A stretch of DNA of 64,000 nucleotides from NCBI GenBank assembly GCA_021730985.1, contig JAKFYI010000029.1:202-64201 (forward strand). The letters run 5' to 3'. This DNA comes from Hyphomicrobiales bacterium (lineage in GTDB: Bacteria; Pseudomonadota; Alphaproteobacteria; Rhizobiales; Xanthobacteraceae). Below the pieces are notes generated by a model that was not told the origin of the DNA, did no database searches, and was given only the letters and a program-made list of their open reading frames with translations. Shown in pieces: positions 10,008 to 18,500 of this stretch (the first letter of the stretch is position 1; every line of letters starts with the position of its first letter). The position numbers and the translations under genes are program-made.

Positions 10008-11108
10008 ATGCCTGTCTGGGAAACACTGGGTCCGGTGACGTCGCGGCACGCCGCGCCGCCGATGAGCGCTTCGAGCGGCGACGCGCTGCGCAAGCACGGC
10101 CGCCTGCCCGCACCTTCGCTCGAATGGAACGCCGAGGTCGAGCGCGAGACCGCGCATCTCTACGCGCGCGTCAAGAACGTCATTCCGGCGGTCGAGTGGC
10201 CGTTCTTCGCGCCCACCATCAAGGCGATCAATGCGGTGAAGCAGCAGCGCAACGCCGTCATCCTGGCGCACAATTACCAGACGCCGGAGATCTACCATTG
10301 CGTCGCCGATTTCGTCGGCGACAGCCTGCAGCTCGCGCGCGAGGCCAGCAGGGCTGACGCCGACATCATCGTGCAGGCCGGCGTGCACTTCATGGCCGAG
10401 ACCGCGAAGATACTGAACCCGGCCAAGACCGTGCTGATCCCCGACCTCAAGGCCGGCTGCTCGCTGGCATCCTCGATCACCGGCGACGACGTCCGGCTGC
10501 TGCGCGAGCGCTTCCCCGGCGTGCCGATCGTCACCTATGTCAACACCTCGGCCGAGGTGAAGGCCGAGAGCGACATCTGCTGCACGTCCTCGAACGCTTT
10601 GCAGGTGGTCGAGAGTCTCGGCGCCGAGCGCGTCATCATGCTGCCCGACGAGTACCTGGCAAAGTATGTCGCCTCGCAGACCAAGGTGAAGATCATCGCC
10701 TGGAAGGGCCATTGCGAGGTCCACGAGCGCTTCACCCCCGAAGAACTCCGGCTGGTGCGCGCCAACGATCCGTCGGTGCAGATCATCGCGCATCCGGAGT
10801 GCCCGCCCGAGGTCATCGCGGAGGCCGACTTCACCGGCTCGACCGCGCATATGATCGACTTCGTGCGTCAGCACAGGCCCAAGCGCGTGGTCATGGTCAC
10901 CGAATGCTCGATGGCCGACAACGTCGCGGCGGAGTTGCCCGACGTCGAGTTCGTTCGACCGTGCAATCTCTGCCCGCACATGAAGCGGATCACGCTGCAG
11001 AAAATCCTCGACAGCCTGCTCCATATGACGGAAGAGGTCGTGGTCGATCCCCTCATCGCCGACAAGGCGCGCCGCGCCGTGGAGCGCATGATCCACCTGA
11101 AGAGTTGA
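10008..11108 (+). CDS. nadA: Quinolinate synthase
   Basis: [48 protein letters not shown]; AGGAGG RBS. Confidence 0.97.
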   Translation: MPVWETLGPVTSRHAAPPMSASSGDALRKHGRLPAPSLEWNAEVERETAHLYARVKNVIPAVEWPFFAPTIKAINAVKQQRNAVILAHNYQTPEIYHCVADFVGDSLQLAREASRADADIIVQAGVHFMAETAKILNPAKTVLIPDLKAGCSLASSITGDDVRLLRERFPGVPIVTYVNTSAEVKAESDICCTSSNALQVVESLGAERVIMLPDEYLAKYVASQTKVKIIAWKGHCEVHERFTPEELRLVRANDPSVQIIAHPECPPEVIAEADFTGSTAHMIDFVRQHRPKRVVMVTECSMADNVAAELPDVEFVRPCNLCPHMKRITLQKILDSLLHMTEEVVVDPLIADKARRAVERMIHLKS

Positions 11109-11110
11109 CC

Positions 11111-11986
11111 ATGCCGGCACCGGCCCTGCTCTATCCCAGCGGTTTTCTCTCACCTCTGGAAATCGACGACGCGGTGACGCGGGCGCTCTCCGAGGACCTC
11201 GGCCGCGCCGGCGACGTCACCTCGATCGCCACGATCCCGGAGCACACACCGGCCCGCGCCGTCGTGGTGGCGCGCGAGGCCGGCACCATCGCTGGTTTGC
11301 CGCTGGTGGCGGCGTGCTTTGCGCGGCTCGCGCCCGACATCGCCATCACCGCGCAAGCGCGCGACGGCGACACGGTCGCGGCCAAAACCTCGCTGATGAT
11401 CATCGCCGGCCCGGCCCGCGCCGTGCTTTCGGCCGAACGCGCCGCACTGAATTTTCTCGGCCACCTGTCCGGCATCTCGACGGCGACGGCTGCCTACGCG
11501 CGCAAGATCGGCAGCCACAAGACCCGCATCTGCTGCACCCGCAAGACCACGCCCGGCCTGCGCGCGCTGCAGAAGTACGCGATCCGCTGCGGTGGCGGCT
11601 TCAACCACCGCTTCGGCCTCGACGACGCGATCCTGATCAAGGACAACCACATCGCGGTCGCGGGCGGCATCCGCGCCGTGCTGGAGCGGGCCCGCGCCGC
11701 CGCGGGCCATCTGGTCAAGATCGAGATCGAAGTGGACTCGCTCGATCAGTTGAAAGAGGTGCTCGCCGCCGGCCTCGCCGACGTTGTGCTGATCGACAAT
11801 TTCGACATCCCGGCGATGAAGCAGGCGGTGGAGATGGTGGCGGGCCGTCTGGTGATCGAGGCTTCCGGCGGCATCACGCTCGACAACATCGCAGCCATCG
11901 CGGCGACCGGCGTGGATTACGCGTCGTCCGGCGCGTTGACGCATTCGGCGCCGAACATGGATGTGGCGCTCGATATCGAGATTTGA
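11111..11986 (+). CDS. nadC: Nicotinate-nucleotide diphosphorylase (carboxylating), QPRTase
   Basis: [43 protein letters not shown]. Confidence 0.97.
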   Translation: MPAPALLYPSGFLSPLEIDDAVTRALSEDLGRAGDVTSIATIPEHTPARAVVVAREAGTIAGLPLVAACFARLAPDIAITAQARDGDTVAAKTSLMIIAGPARAVLSAERAALNFLGHLSGISTATAAYARKIGSHKTRICCTRKTTPGLRALQKYAIRCGGGFNHRFGLDDAILIKDNHIAVAGGIRAVLERARAAAGHLVKIEIEVDSLDQLKEVLAAGLADVVLIDNFDIPAMKQAVEMVAGRLVIEASGGITLDNIAAIAATGVDYASSGALTHSAPNMDVALDIEI

Positions 11987-12005
11987 CGTCGCGGCGCTCG
12001 ACAGT

Positions 12006-13295
12006 TCAGCCGAGGCCTTTCGGCTGCCGTGCCGCGACCGCTGCAACAATGCTGAGCAGCGAGAGCACGGTGAACACGCGCAAGGAAATCTCGTAGGTGC
12101 CTGTCAGGTCGTAGAGCGCGCCGGACAGCAAAGGCCCGGTCGCCTGCGCCAGCACCTGCGTGGACAGGGCCAGCCCGCGGATCGCACCGTAGTTCTGTCG
12201 TCCGAAATAGTCCGCCCACGCGACCGGCAGCAATGTCAGAACGGCGCCGATCCCCAATCCGAACAATCCTGCGGCGAGGAAACCGGTCGCAGCCGTATCG
12301 ACTTCCGGCATCAGCCATGTGCCCACGACCAGCATTGCTCCCGCCAGCGCCAGCGGCCAGCGGATCGGCCATCGCCGCGGCAGGAACCCGCAGGCGATCG
12401 TCACGACCACCGACAGGAACGAGAACCCGCTGACAATGAAAGCCGCGGTGGTCGGGTCGAGGCCACGCTGCACCAGATGCGGCGCCTGGTGCAGACTCAC
12501 ACCGGCCTGAACCGGATAGACCATCACCGTGTAGAGCATCAAAAGCCAGAAGGCCGGAGTGCGGATCGCGGCGCGGCGCGAAAAGCGAGGCTCAGGCGCC
12601 GCCGCGGCTTCTCCCGGCTGTTGAATGACGGGCGCGGCACGATCGGGCTCCAGACCCAAATCTTCCGGCCTCCGCACCAGGAACAGCCACACCGGTAAAA
12701 ATCCAACGACCAGCGTCACCACGCCGAGCGCCACCCAGCCGGCCCGCCAGCCGTCGTGCGAGATCGCGAATTGCGCGATCAGCGGCATCGCCACCAGCCC
12801 CAGCATCTGGGCCAGATTGGCGATCGAGGCCGCGGCGGTGCGGCGTGCCAAAAACCAATTGTTGAGCGCGCCATAGATGCCGAGATCGAACGGCCCGGCC
12901 CAATTCATCCGCGCAATGCAGAACAGCAGGTAGAACACCAGCAACGAGGGCGTCAGCGAGAGCAATAGCAGCGCGACGCCATTCATCAGAACCGCGACGC
13001 ACAGCACCAGCCGCGAGCCGCGGCGGTCGAGCAGCGGCCCGATCAGCGGAGACACCAGCGCGGCCAGCAGGCCGCCGAGCGAAACGGCACCAGACACAGC
13101 GGTGCGCGACCATCCGAAATCGGCGGTCAGCGGGTCGATGAAAATTGAAAGGGTCGCCACCGCCGGTCCCTGCCGCGCGAACCCGGCGCAGCACAGGCAT
13201 CCCAGAACGATCCAGCCGTAATAGAACGGCGTTCGCGCCGCCAGCGCACGCGGCAGCGCCAATCCGATCGATGTCTTGGTGTCAGCCTCGCGCAC
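12006..13295 (-). CDS. MFS transporter (OFA-like)
   Basis: FYYGWIV start motif, GPLLDRRGSR motif A, DYFGRQNYGAIRG. Confidence 0.88.
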   Translation of the reverse strand: MREADTKTSIGLALPRALAARTPFYYGWIVLGCLCCAGFARQGPAVATLSIFIDPLTADFGWSRTAVSGAVSLGGLLAALVSPLIGPLLDRRGSRLVLCVAVLMNGVALLLLSLTPSLLVFYLLFCIARMNWAGPFDLGIYGALNNWFLARRTAAASIANLAQMLGLVAMPLIAQFAISHDGWRAGWVALGVVTLVVGFLPVWLFLVRRPEDLGLEPDRAAPVIQQPGEAAAAPEPRFSRRAAIRTPAFWLLMLYTVMVYPVQAGVSLHQAPHLVQRGLDPTTAAFIVSGFSFLSVVVTIACGFLPRRWPIRWPLALAGAMLVVGTWLMPEVDTAATGFLAAGLFGLGIGAVLTLLPVAWADYFGRQNYGAIRGLALSTQVLAQATGPLLSGALYDLTGTYEISLRVFTVLSLLSIVAAVAARQPKGLG

Positions 13296-13366
13296 TGAAT
13301 GAAGCTGTTACTGCGTCACGCGATCCCACCGCAAGCCCGCCGGGCTTACGCGCCGGACCGCGAACC

Positions 13367-14839
13367 CTACAGCTTCGCCGTGCTCGGAGTGATCCCCGCG
13401 CCCCAGGTCGGTGCATCGGCGCCGTCGCCCCAGCGTTTCGGCCGATAGAATTTGTGTACGCCGATGGTCGATAGCTTGCGCATGGTGCCGACCCACCACG
13501 GATGCACCCAGTAGGCATGATAATGCGTGGACTTGCCGATGTCGGACAGCCACAACTTGCCGTCGAGCGTATCGCGGGCGATTTCGTTGGCCTGCGCCCA
13601 CAGCGGCGGATCGTTGACCACGTCCTTGACCTTGTCGCAGGCGAAGGTGAACTGGCAGGCGTTGTAGCGGTGGGCGTTCTGGTACACGACCTCGCAAACA
13701 TTGTTCGGGTAGTAGCCGGAGAACACCCGGTTCATCACCACCTGCGCCACTGCGATCTGGCCGCGCTTCGGCTCGCCACGCGATTCGAAATAGACCGCTT
13801 CGGCCAGGCACTTTTGCGCCTTGGCCCGTTCCTTCATGTTGAGCGCCAGCCGCTCGGCCGGTGTTTTGGGCCGCTGTGAAGGACCGGTCACCTCGCCTTT
13901 CGGCGCCACCATCTCACCGGGGCGGGACGCGTCCGGGTTGACGTGGAGCGGCGCCAGCGCCGACCGCTTGATTTCGGGATCGGCCGCGGGCGGCAACAGC
14001 AGCACGGGTTCGTCACCCGGCCAGCGTTCCATCGGGCCGACATTCCGGCCCACCGGCATTCCGCCGAAATACAACCGCGCGGCGCGCGCGGCAGGATCGT
14101 AGCCATCGATCGGATCGAACGCCTCGGTATCCTTCGGCGGCAGTCCAACCTCGGCCGGAGGCAGCGAAGCAACCGCATAAGATTGCGGCGCGTCGCCAAC
14201 CTCAGTCTCGGAATCGGTGTCGATGTCGGCCGCCAATTGATCGGAGGATAGCGGCGTTTCGGCCACCGGCGCCTCGGCGAGCGGAACCTCCGTAGCCCGC
14301 GGCACAAACATTTCCGTGGGCGCGGGCTCAGCGTTCAACTCGAATGCGGGTGAGCGTGCGCCTTCAATCGCCTGCGGATTGTGCGGCGGGCGCGGAAACG
14401 ACACGGTCTTGACCTTGCCCGGAGTGACATTGCGCGGGGCGGGCTGCGGGTTCTGTTCCGGGCGCGCGGTCAGTTTGTCGCCTTTGAGTCTGCGGTTCAC
14501 CATCGGGTGTTCGATTGGCCGGGGCTCATCCTCGGGAAGGAAATCGGGCCTCACCGATCCAGTCACATCGCCGTCGTGAAGACTCGCCAGCCGGTATGAC
14601 GGCGGCTCCGGTATCTGAGTGCCGAGCGGGCGCGGAAAGCTGAACGTCGCGGCATGGATGGTGCCGAATGGAGACGCCAGCGCGTAAGCACGCGCACGCT
14701 GCGACACATCGGGCTGACGGACCAATAGCGCGGCGAGATCCTGATAGCCGATCTGTGTCGGCACCAGGCTAAGCGCGAGAACGCTGAGGCCGAAGGGGCC
14801 GACACGGGCGCCCTTCGGCCTGTTACGCGACACAACCAT
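13367..14839 (-). CDS. Cell wall hydrolase, SleB/Hydrolase_2 family, with long Pro-rich N-terminal region
   Basis: CLAEAVYFESRGE, AVAQVVMNRV, CEVVYQ, CQFTFACD, THYHAYWVHPWW, IGVHKFY. Confidence 0.9.
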   Translation of the reverse strand: MVVSRNRPKGARVGPFGLSVLALSLVPTQIGYQDLAALLVRQPDVSQRARAYALASPFGTIHAATFSFPRPLGTQIPEPPSYRLASLHDGDVTGSVRPDFLPEDEPRPIEHPMVNRRLKGDKLTARPEQNPQPAPRNVTPGKVKTVSFPRPPHNPQAIEGARSPAFELNAEPAPTEMFVPRATEVPLAEAPVAETPLSSDQLAADIDTDSETEVGDAPQSYAVASLPPAEVGLPPKDTEAFDPIDGYDPAARAARLYFGGMPVGRNVGPMERWPGDEPVLLLPPAADPEIKRSALAPLHVNPDASRPGEMVAPKGEVTGPSQRPKTPAERLALNMKERAKAQKCLAEAVYFESRGEPKRGQIAVAQVVMNRVFSGYYPNNVCEVVYQNAHRYNACQFTFACDKVKDVVNDPPLWAQANEIARDTLDGKLWLSDIGKSTHYHAYWVHPWWVGTMRKLSTIGVHKFYRPKRWGDGADAPTWGAGITPSTAKL

Positions 14840-15004
14840 GCACAGCTCACGCAACTTTCTAAGCAACGCAACGCTACGCGAATACACACTGGCGCAAGGC
14901 ATCGACGTGACGACAATGCGACACGTTTTGTTATTGTCGGATTATCCTTGCGAAGCCGTTAATCGCGCCGCGTTTCATGCCGCGCGCAGGCACGGCACAA
15001 CGTT

Positions 15005-15022
15005 GGTAAACGAACCGTCAAC
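15005..15022. promoter_or_regulatory. CtrA-like site upstream of the cell wall hydrolase
   Basis: Reverse complement GTTGACGGTTCGTTTACC; 16/18 identical to the site at 6088-6105. Confidence 0.45.
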
Positions 15023-15037
15023 GCGCGCGATTTCGTT

Positions 15038-15370
15038 TCAGCGCAGCAGAATATGAGCAGCGAGGAAGTTCCCGGCAAGAAATGCAGCGCTCCCTGCGAC
15101 GCAACCGAGCACCAGCGCGCGATCGGAAATGATTTCGGGCACCGGGCGCGCCAGCACGATGCGCAGAGCGAGCAGCGCAACGCCGGCAACGACAAAATAT
15201 AGAACTAGCGGGTGAAAAAGCATGCCGGGTCCGAGCGGACGGCGGTCGCCAATCGCGCCGAAGCCCAATCCGCCCGCCGCCATCAGGCCATACCAGAGCA
15301 CCAAAACAATCGGGCGGCCGGGTTGTGCCCGGCCGCCCGTCGAAGATCGGTTCGAGCGTGGCTCGATCAC
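15038..15370 (-). CDS. Small 3-TM hypothetical membrane protein
   Basis: GTG overlaps the TGA of the TAXI gene (GTGA); three hydrophobic stretches. Confidence 0.6.
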   Translation of the reverse strand: MIEPRSNRSSTGGRAQPGRPIVLVLWYGLMAAGGLGFGAIGDRRPLGPGMLFHPLVLYFVVAGVALLALRIVLARPVPEIISDRALVLGCVAGSAAFLAGNFLAAHILLR

Positions 15371-16338
15371 ATCTTCACGCCTCTTTCGTTGAAGTACTTG
15401 GTCGCGCCCGGATGCCACGGGATCGGCGAGTTCTTCGGCAACTGGTTCGCGAGCAGAATGTTCCTGGCCTCACCGTGCACTGCGATCAGTTCGTCGCGCT
15501 TGTCGATGAAAGTCTTGACGATGTCGTAGGCGACCTTTTCAGGCATGTCGGCGTTCGCCACCAGGATATTCTGCACAATCGATATCGTGTTCGGTTTGTC
15601 CTGGCCCGGATAGGTCTTGGGCGGAATAGCGCCCGCGCTGTAGATGCCGCCGTATTTCTTGTTCATGTTTTCGACCACCTCGGAGTGATCCACCAGCTTG
15701 AGCTTGATGCCCGGGCTGGCGGCGAGATCGGTGACCGCCGCGGTCGGCAGACCGCCGACCCAGAAGTACGCATCGATCTTGCCGTCCTTGATGGCATTGG
15801 TCGATTCGGCGACGCCCAGCCGCTCACGGCGCATGTCCTTGTCCTTGTCGAGGCCCGCCGCCTCGATGACGCGGAACGCCATGACTTCGGTGGCGCTGCC
15901 CGGCGAGCCGGTCGAGACGCGCTTGCCCTTGAGGTCGGACATCTTGTCGATGCCTTTGCCCTCGACCGACACCACATGCATGCAGTTCGGATAAAGGACC
16001 ATCAGGGTGCGCACCGGAACCGGCTGCCCCTTGAACTTGTCCTCGCCCTTGAGCGCATCGATCGCGGCATCGACCATCACCAGCGCGACTTCGCTCTGCT
16101 TGGTTCCGATCAGCTTGAGATTGTCGACCGAGCCGCCGGTGACGCGCGCGGTGGCAGCGACGTTCGGCACGTACTTCGTGAGCAAGTTCGCCATGCCTCC
16201 GCCAAGCGGGTAATAGACGCCGCCGGTGCCGCCGGTTGCGATGGCGATGTTGACCTGTTGCGCCAGCGCGGGGCCGCCCAGCAAGGCCGTGCTCGCGGCC
16301 AGCGATGCGCCGGATAACAACAATTCTCTGCGGTTCAT
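15367..16338 (-). CDS. TAXI-family TRAP transporter solute-binding protein
   Basis: Tat-like MNRRELLL; IATGGTGGVYY, TGGSVDN, GSPGSATE, IPWHPGA. Confidence 0.93.
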   Translation of the reverse strand: MNRRELLLSGASLAASTALLGGPALAQQVNIAIATGGTGGVYYPLGGGMANLLTKYVPNVAATARVTGGSVDNLKLIGTKQSEVALVMVDAAIDALKGEDKFKGQPVPVRTLMVLYPNCMHVVSVEGKGIDKMSDLKGKRVSTGSPGSATEVMAFRVIEAAGLDKDKDMRRERLGVAESTNAIKDGKIDAYFWVGGLPTAAVTDLAASPGIKLKLVDHSEVVENMNKKYGGIYSAGAIPPKTYPGQDKPNTISIVQNILVANADMPEKVAYDIVKTFIDKRDELIAVHGEARNILLANQLPKNSPIPWHPGATKYFNERGVKM

Positions 16339-16360
16339 CAAGTGCTCCCTCCCTGGATCC

Positions 16361-18409
16361 CTATGCCGGCGCTTTTGGCAGGGCCGGCTGCATGACTTGT
16401 TTTAGCAGGACCGCGACGCCGATGACCACGCCAATTGTCGCGGTATAGCTGATGTCACGGCCGATCATCGCCTCGATCAAGGCTTCCAGCAGGCTCGGGA
16501 ACACCAGAAACAGCCCGGCCAGAATAAGCAGCACTCGCTCCGCCGTCGTGGTGCGGCGCAGCGCCCAACCCTGCGCTGCGGCCGCCAGCGCGCCCAGGCC
16601 GAGCGTCGCCTTGACCGTGATCATGGCGATATCAACCCAGGAACCGCCTGCCGGAATCTTGAGCAGCAGACCGACGCCCTGAGGATCGAGCACAAATATG
16701 AACGGTACGAGGAATGCGGGCAGCGTGTACTTCCACGCCTGCAGCGTCGTCTTGTACGGATCGCCTCCGGTGATGGCGGCAGCCGCGAACGGCGACAGCG
16801 CGGTCGGCGGCGAGACCTCGGACAGCACCGAGTAATAGAATATGAACATGTGCGCCGCGACATCCGGCACACCGAGCTTCATCAAGGCAGGCGCCGCGAT
16901 CACCGCGCAGATGATGTAGGACGCGGTGACCGGCACGGCGAGGCCGACGATCCATACAATCAGCGCCGTGTAGATCGCGGTGAGCAACAGGCTGCCGCCA
17001 GCGTAACCGATCACGATGGCCGAGAATTTCAACCCGAGGCCGGTGAGCGTCACGACGCCGACGATGATGCCGGCGGTCGCGCAGGTGGTGGCCGCCGTCA
17101 ACACACTGACCGATCCTTCCGACAGCGCGCGGACCAGCTTCTTCGGTACCAGAGCGGTTTCGCGCGTCAGGAAGCTCAACGCGAAAGTCGCAACCGTCGC
17201 CCAGAACACCGACAGCGTCGGCGAGAAGCCCCACAGCATGAATATGACGACGGAAATCAGCGAGATGAAGTGGAAGCCGTACCGCCTCGTCATCTGCCAG
17301 AGCGTCAGCGTGGTCGAGACATCGACGATCTGGGCGCCGAACTTCTTGGCGTCGAGCTCGACCATGAACAACAGCGACAGGTAGTAGAGGCAGGTCGGGA
17401 TCGTCGCCATCGCGATCACATCGAGATAGCTGATCTTCAGGAACTCGGCGATCAGGAACGCCGCCGCGCCCAGCACCGGCGGCGAGATGATGGCGCCAAG
17501 ACCGCCTGCCGCGAGCAGCCCGCCAGCCGCGTTCTTCTCGAACCCCGATTTCTCCATCATCGGGTAGGCCACGGCGCCGACCGTCACCGTCGTGGCGACA
17601 CCGGAGCCCGATGGCCCGCCAAGCAGAAACGAGGCCAGCACCACGGTGCGGCCCGCGCTATTGGGCTTGTTGCCCATCAGCGCCATTGAAAAGTCGATGA
17701 AGAATTTGCCCGCGCCAGAGTGCTGCAGGAAAGCGCCGTAGATCGTGAACAGGATGATCAAGCTAGACGAGACATCGACCGGTATGCCGAAAATCCCCTC
17801 CAGCGTGATGAACAGGTGCCCGACCAGCTGACCTATATCGAAGCCGCGGTGCGTCCACGGCTGGGGCAGGTACGGCCCGAAATAAGCGTATGCGATGAAC
17901 GCCAGCGTAATGACCGGCACGATCCATCCGGTGGTGCGGCGCGTCGCCTCGAGCAGCAGCACGATGAAGATGACGCCGAGGATGTTGTCGAGCTGGGTCG
18001 GCGACGTGGCGCGGTCGGTGAAATCCTCGCCGCCCTCGATCGCGTAGATCAGAATCGCAGCGCCCGCGAGGCCCGCGATCACGTCCCACCAGCGGATGCG
18101 GTCGCGGAACCGTGGCGACATCGGAAACAGCAGGAACGACAGCATCAGCACGAAGGCGACGTGCGTGTAGCGCAGCGGCTGGGTGGTGATGAGCGGCGCG
18201 TCGTTCAGCGGCCATGCGCCGGCCAGCGCCGCGTAGAGATGGAACAGCGACATGGTGACCGCGATGGTGGTCACCGCGATGCCGGCAATGCCCGAAAGGC
18301 GATTGAGTGCACCCTCTTCGGCCTCGATATAGGCCTCGGCTTGCTTGATCTTGTCTTCGGAAACGGCGAGCGATGGCGCGCCCGCAGCCGGCTTTAACCC
18401 CTCCGCCAT
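16361..18409 (-). CDS. TRAP transporter fused 4TM/12TM (DctQM) permease
   Basis: LLEATRR, EGIFGIP, PPVLGAAAFLIAE, AHMFIFYY, EVSPP; GAGGGGG RBS before MAEGL. Confidence 0.92.
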   Translation of the reverse strand: MAEGLKPAAGAPSLAVSEDKIKQAEAYIEAEEGALNRLSGIAGIAVTTIAVTMSLFHLYAALAGAWPLNDAPLITTQPLRYTHVAFVLMLSFLLFPMSPRFRDRIRWWDVIAGLAGAAILIYAIEGGEDFTDRATSPTQLDNILGVIFIVLLLEATRRTTGWIVPVITLAFIAYAYFGPYLPQPWTHRGFDIGQLVGHLFITLEGIFGIPVDVSSSLIILFTIYGAFLQHSGAGKFFIDFSMALMGNKPNSAGRTVVLASFLLGGPSGSGVATTVTVGAVAYPMMEKSGFEKNAAGGLLAAGGLGAIISPPVLGAAAFLIAEFLKISYLDVIAMATIPTCLYYLSLLFMVELDAKKFGAQIVDVSTTLTLWQMTRRYGFHFISLISVVIFMLWGFSPTLSVFWATVATFALSFLTRETALVPKKLVRALSEGSVSVLTAATTCATAGIIVGVVTLTGLGLKFSAIVIGYAGGSLLLTAIYTALIVWIVGLAVPVTASYIICAVIAAPALMKLGVPDVAAHMFIFYYSVLSEVSPPTALSPFAAAAITGGDPYKTTLQAWKYTLPAFLVPFIFVLDPQGVGLLLKIPAGGSWVDIAMITVKATLGLGALAAAAQGWALRRTTTAERVLLILAGLFLVFPSLLEALIEAMIGRDISYTATIGVVIGVAVLLKQVMQPALPKAPA

Positions 18410-18500
18410 TTCCCCCTCGACCGCTTTGAACGCGTCCCCCGGAGGAAGGCTAGCATGGCAATGCGTCGGCCGAATACCCGCCGAAAGTCGGCAACCCGGA

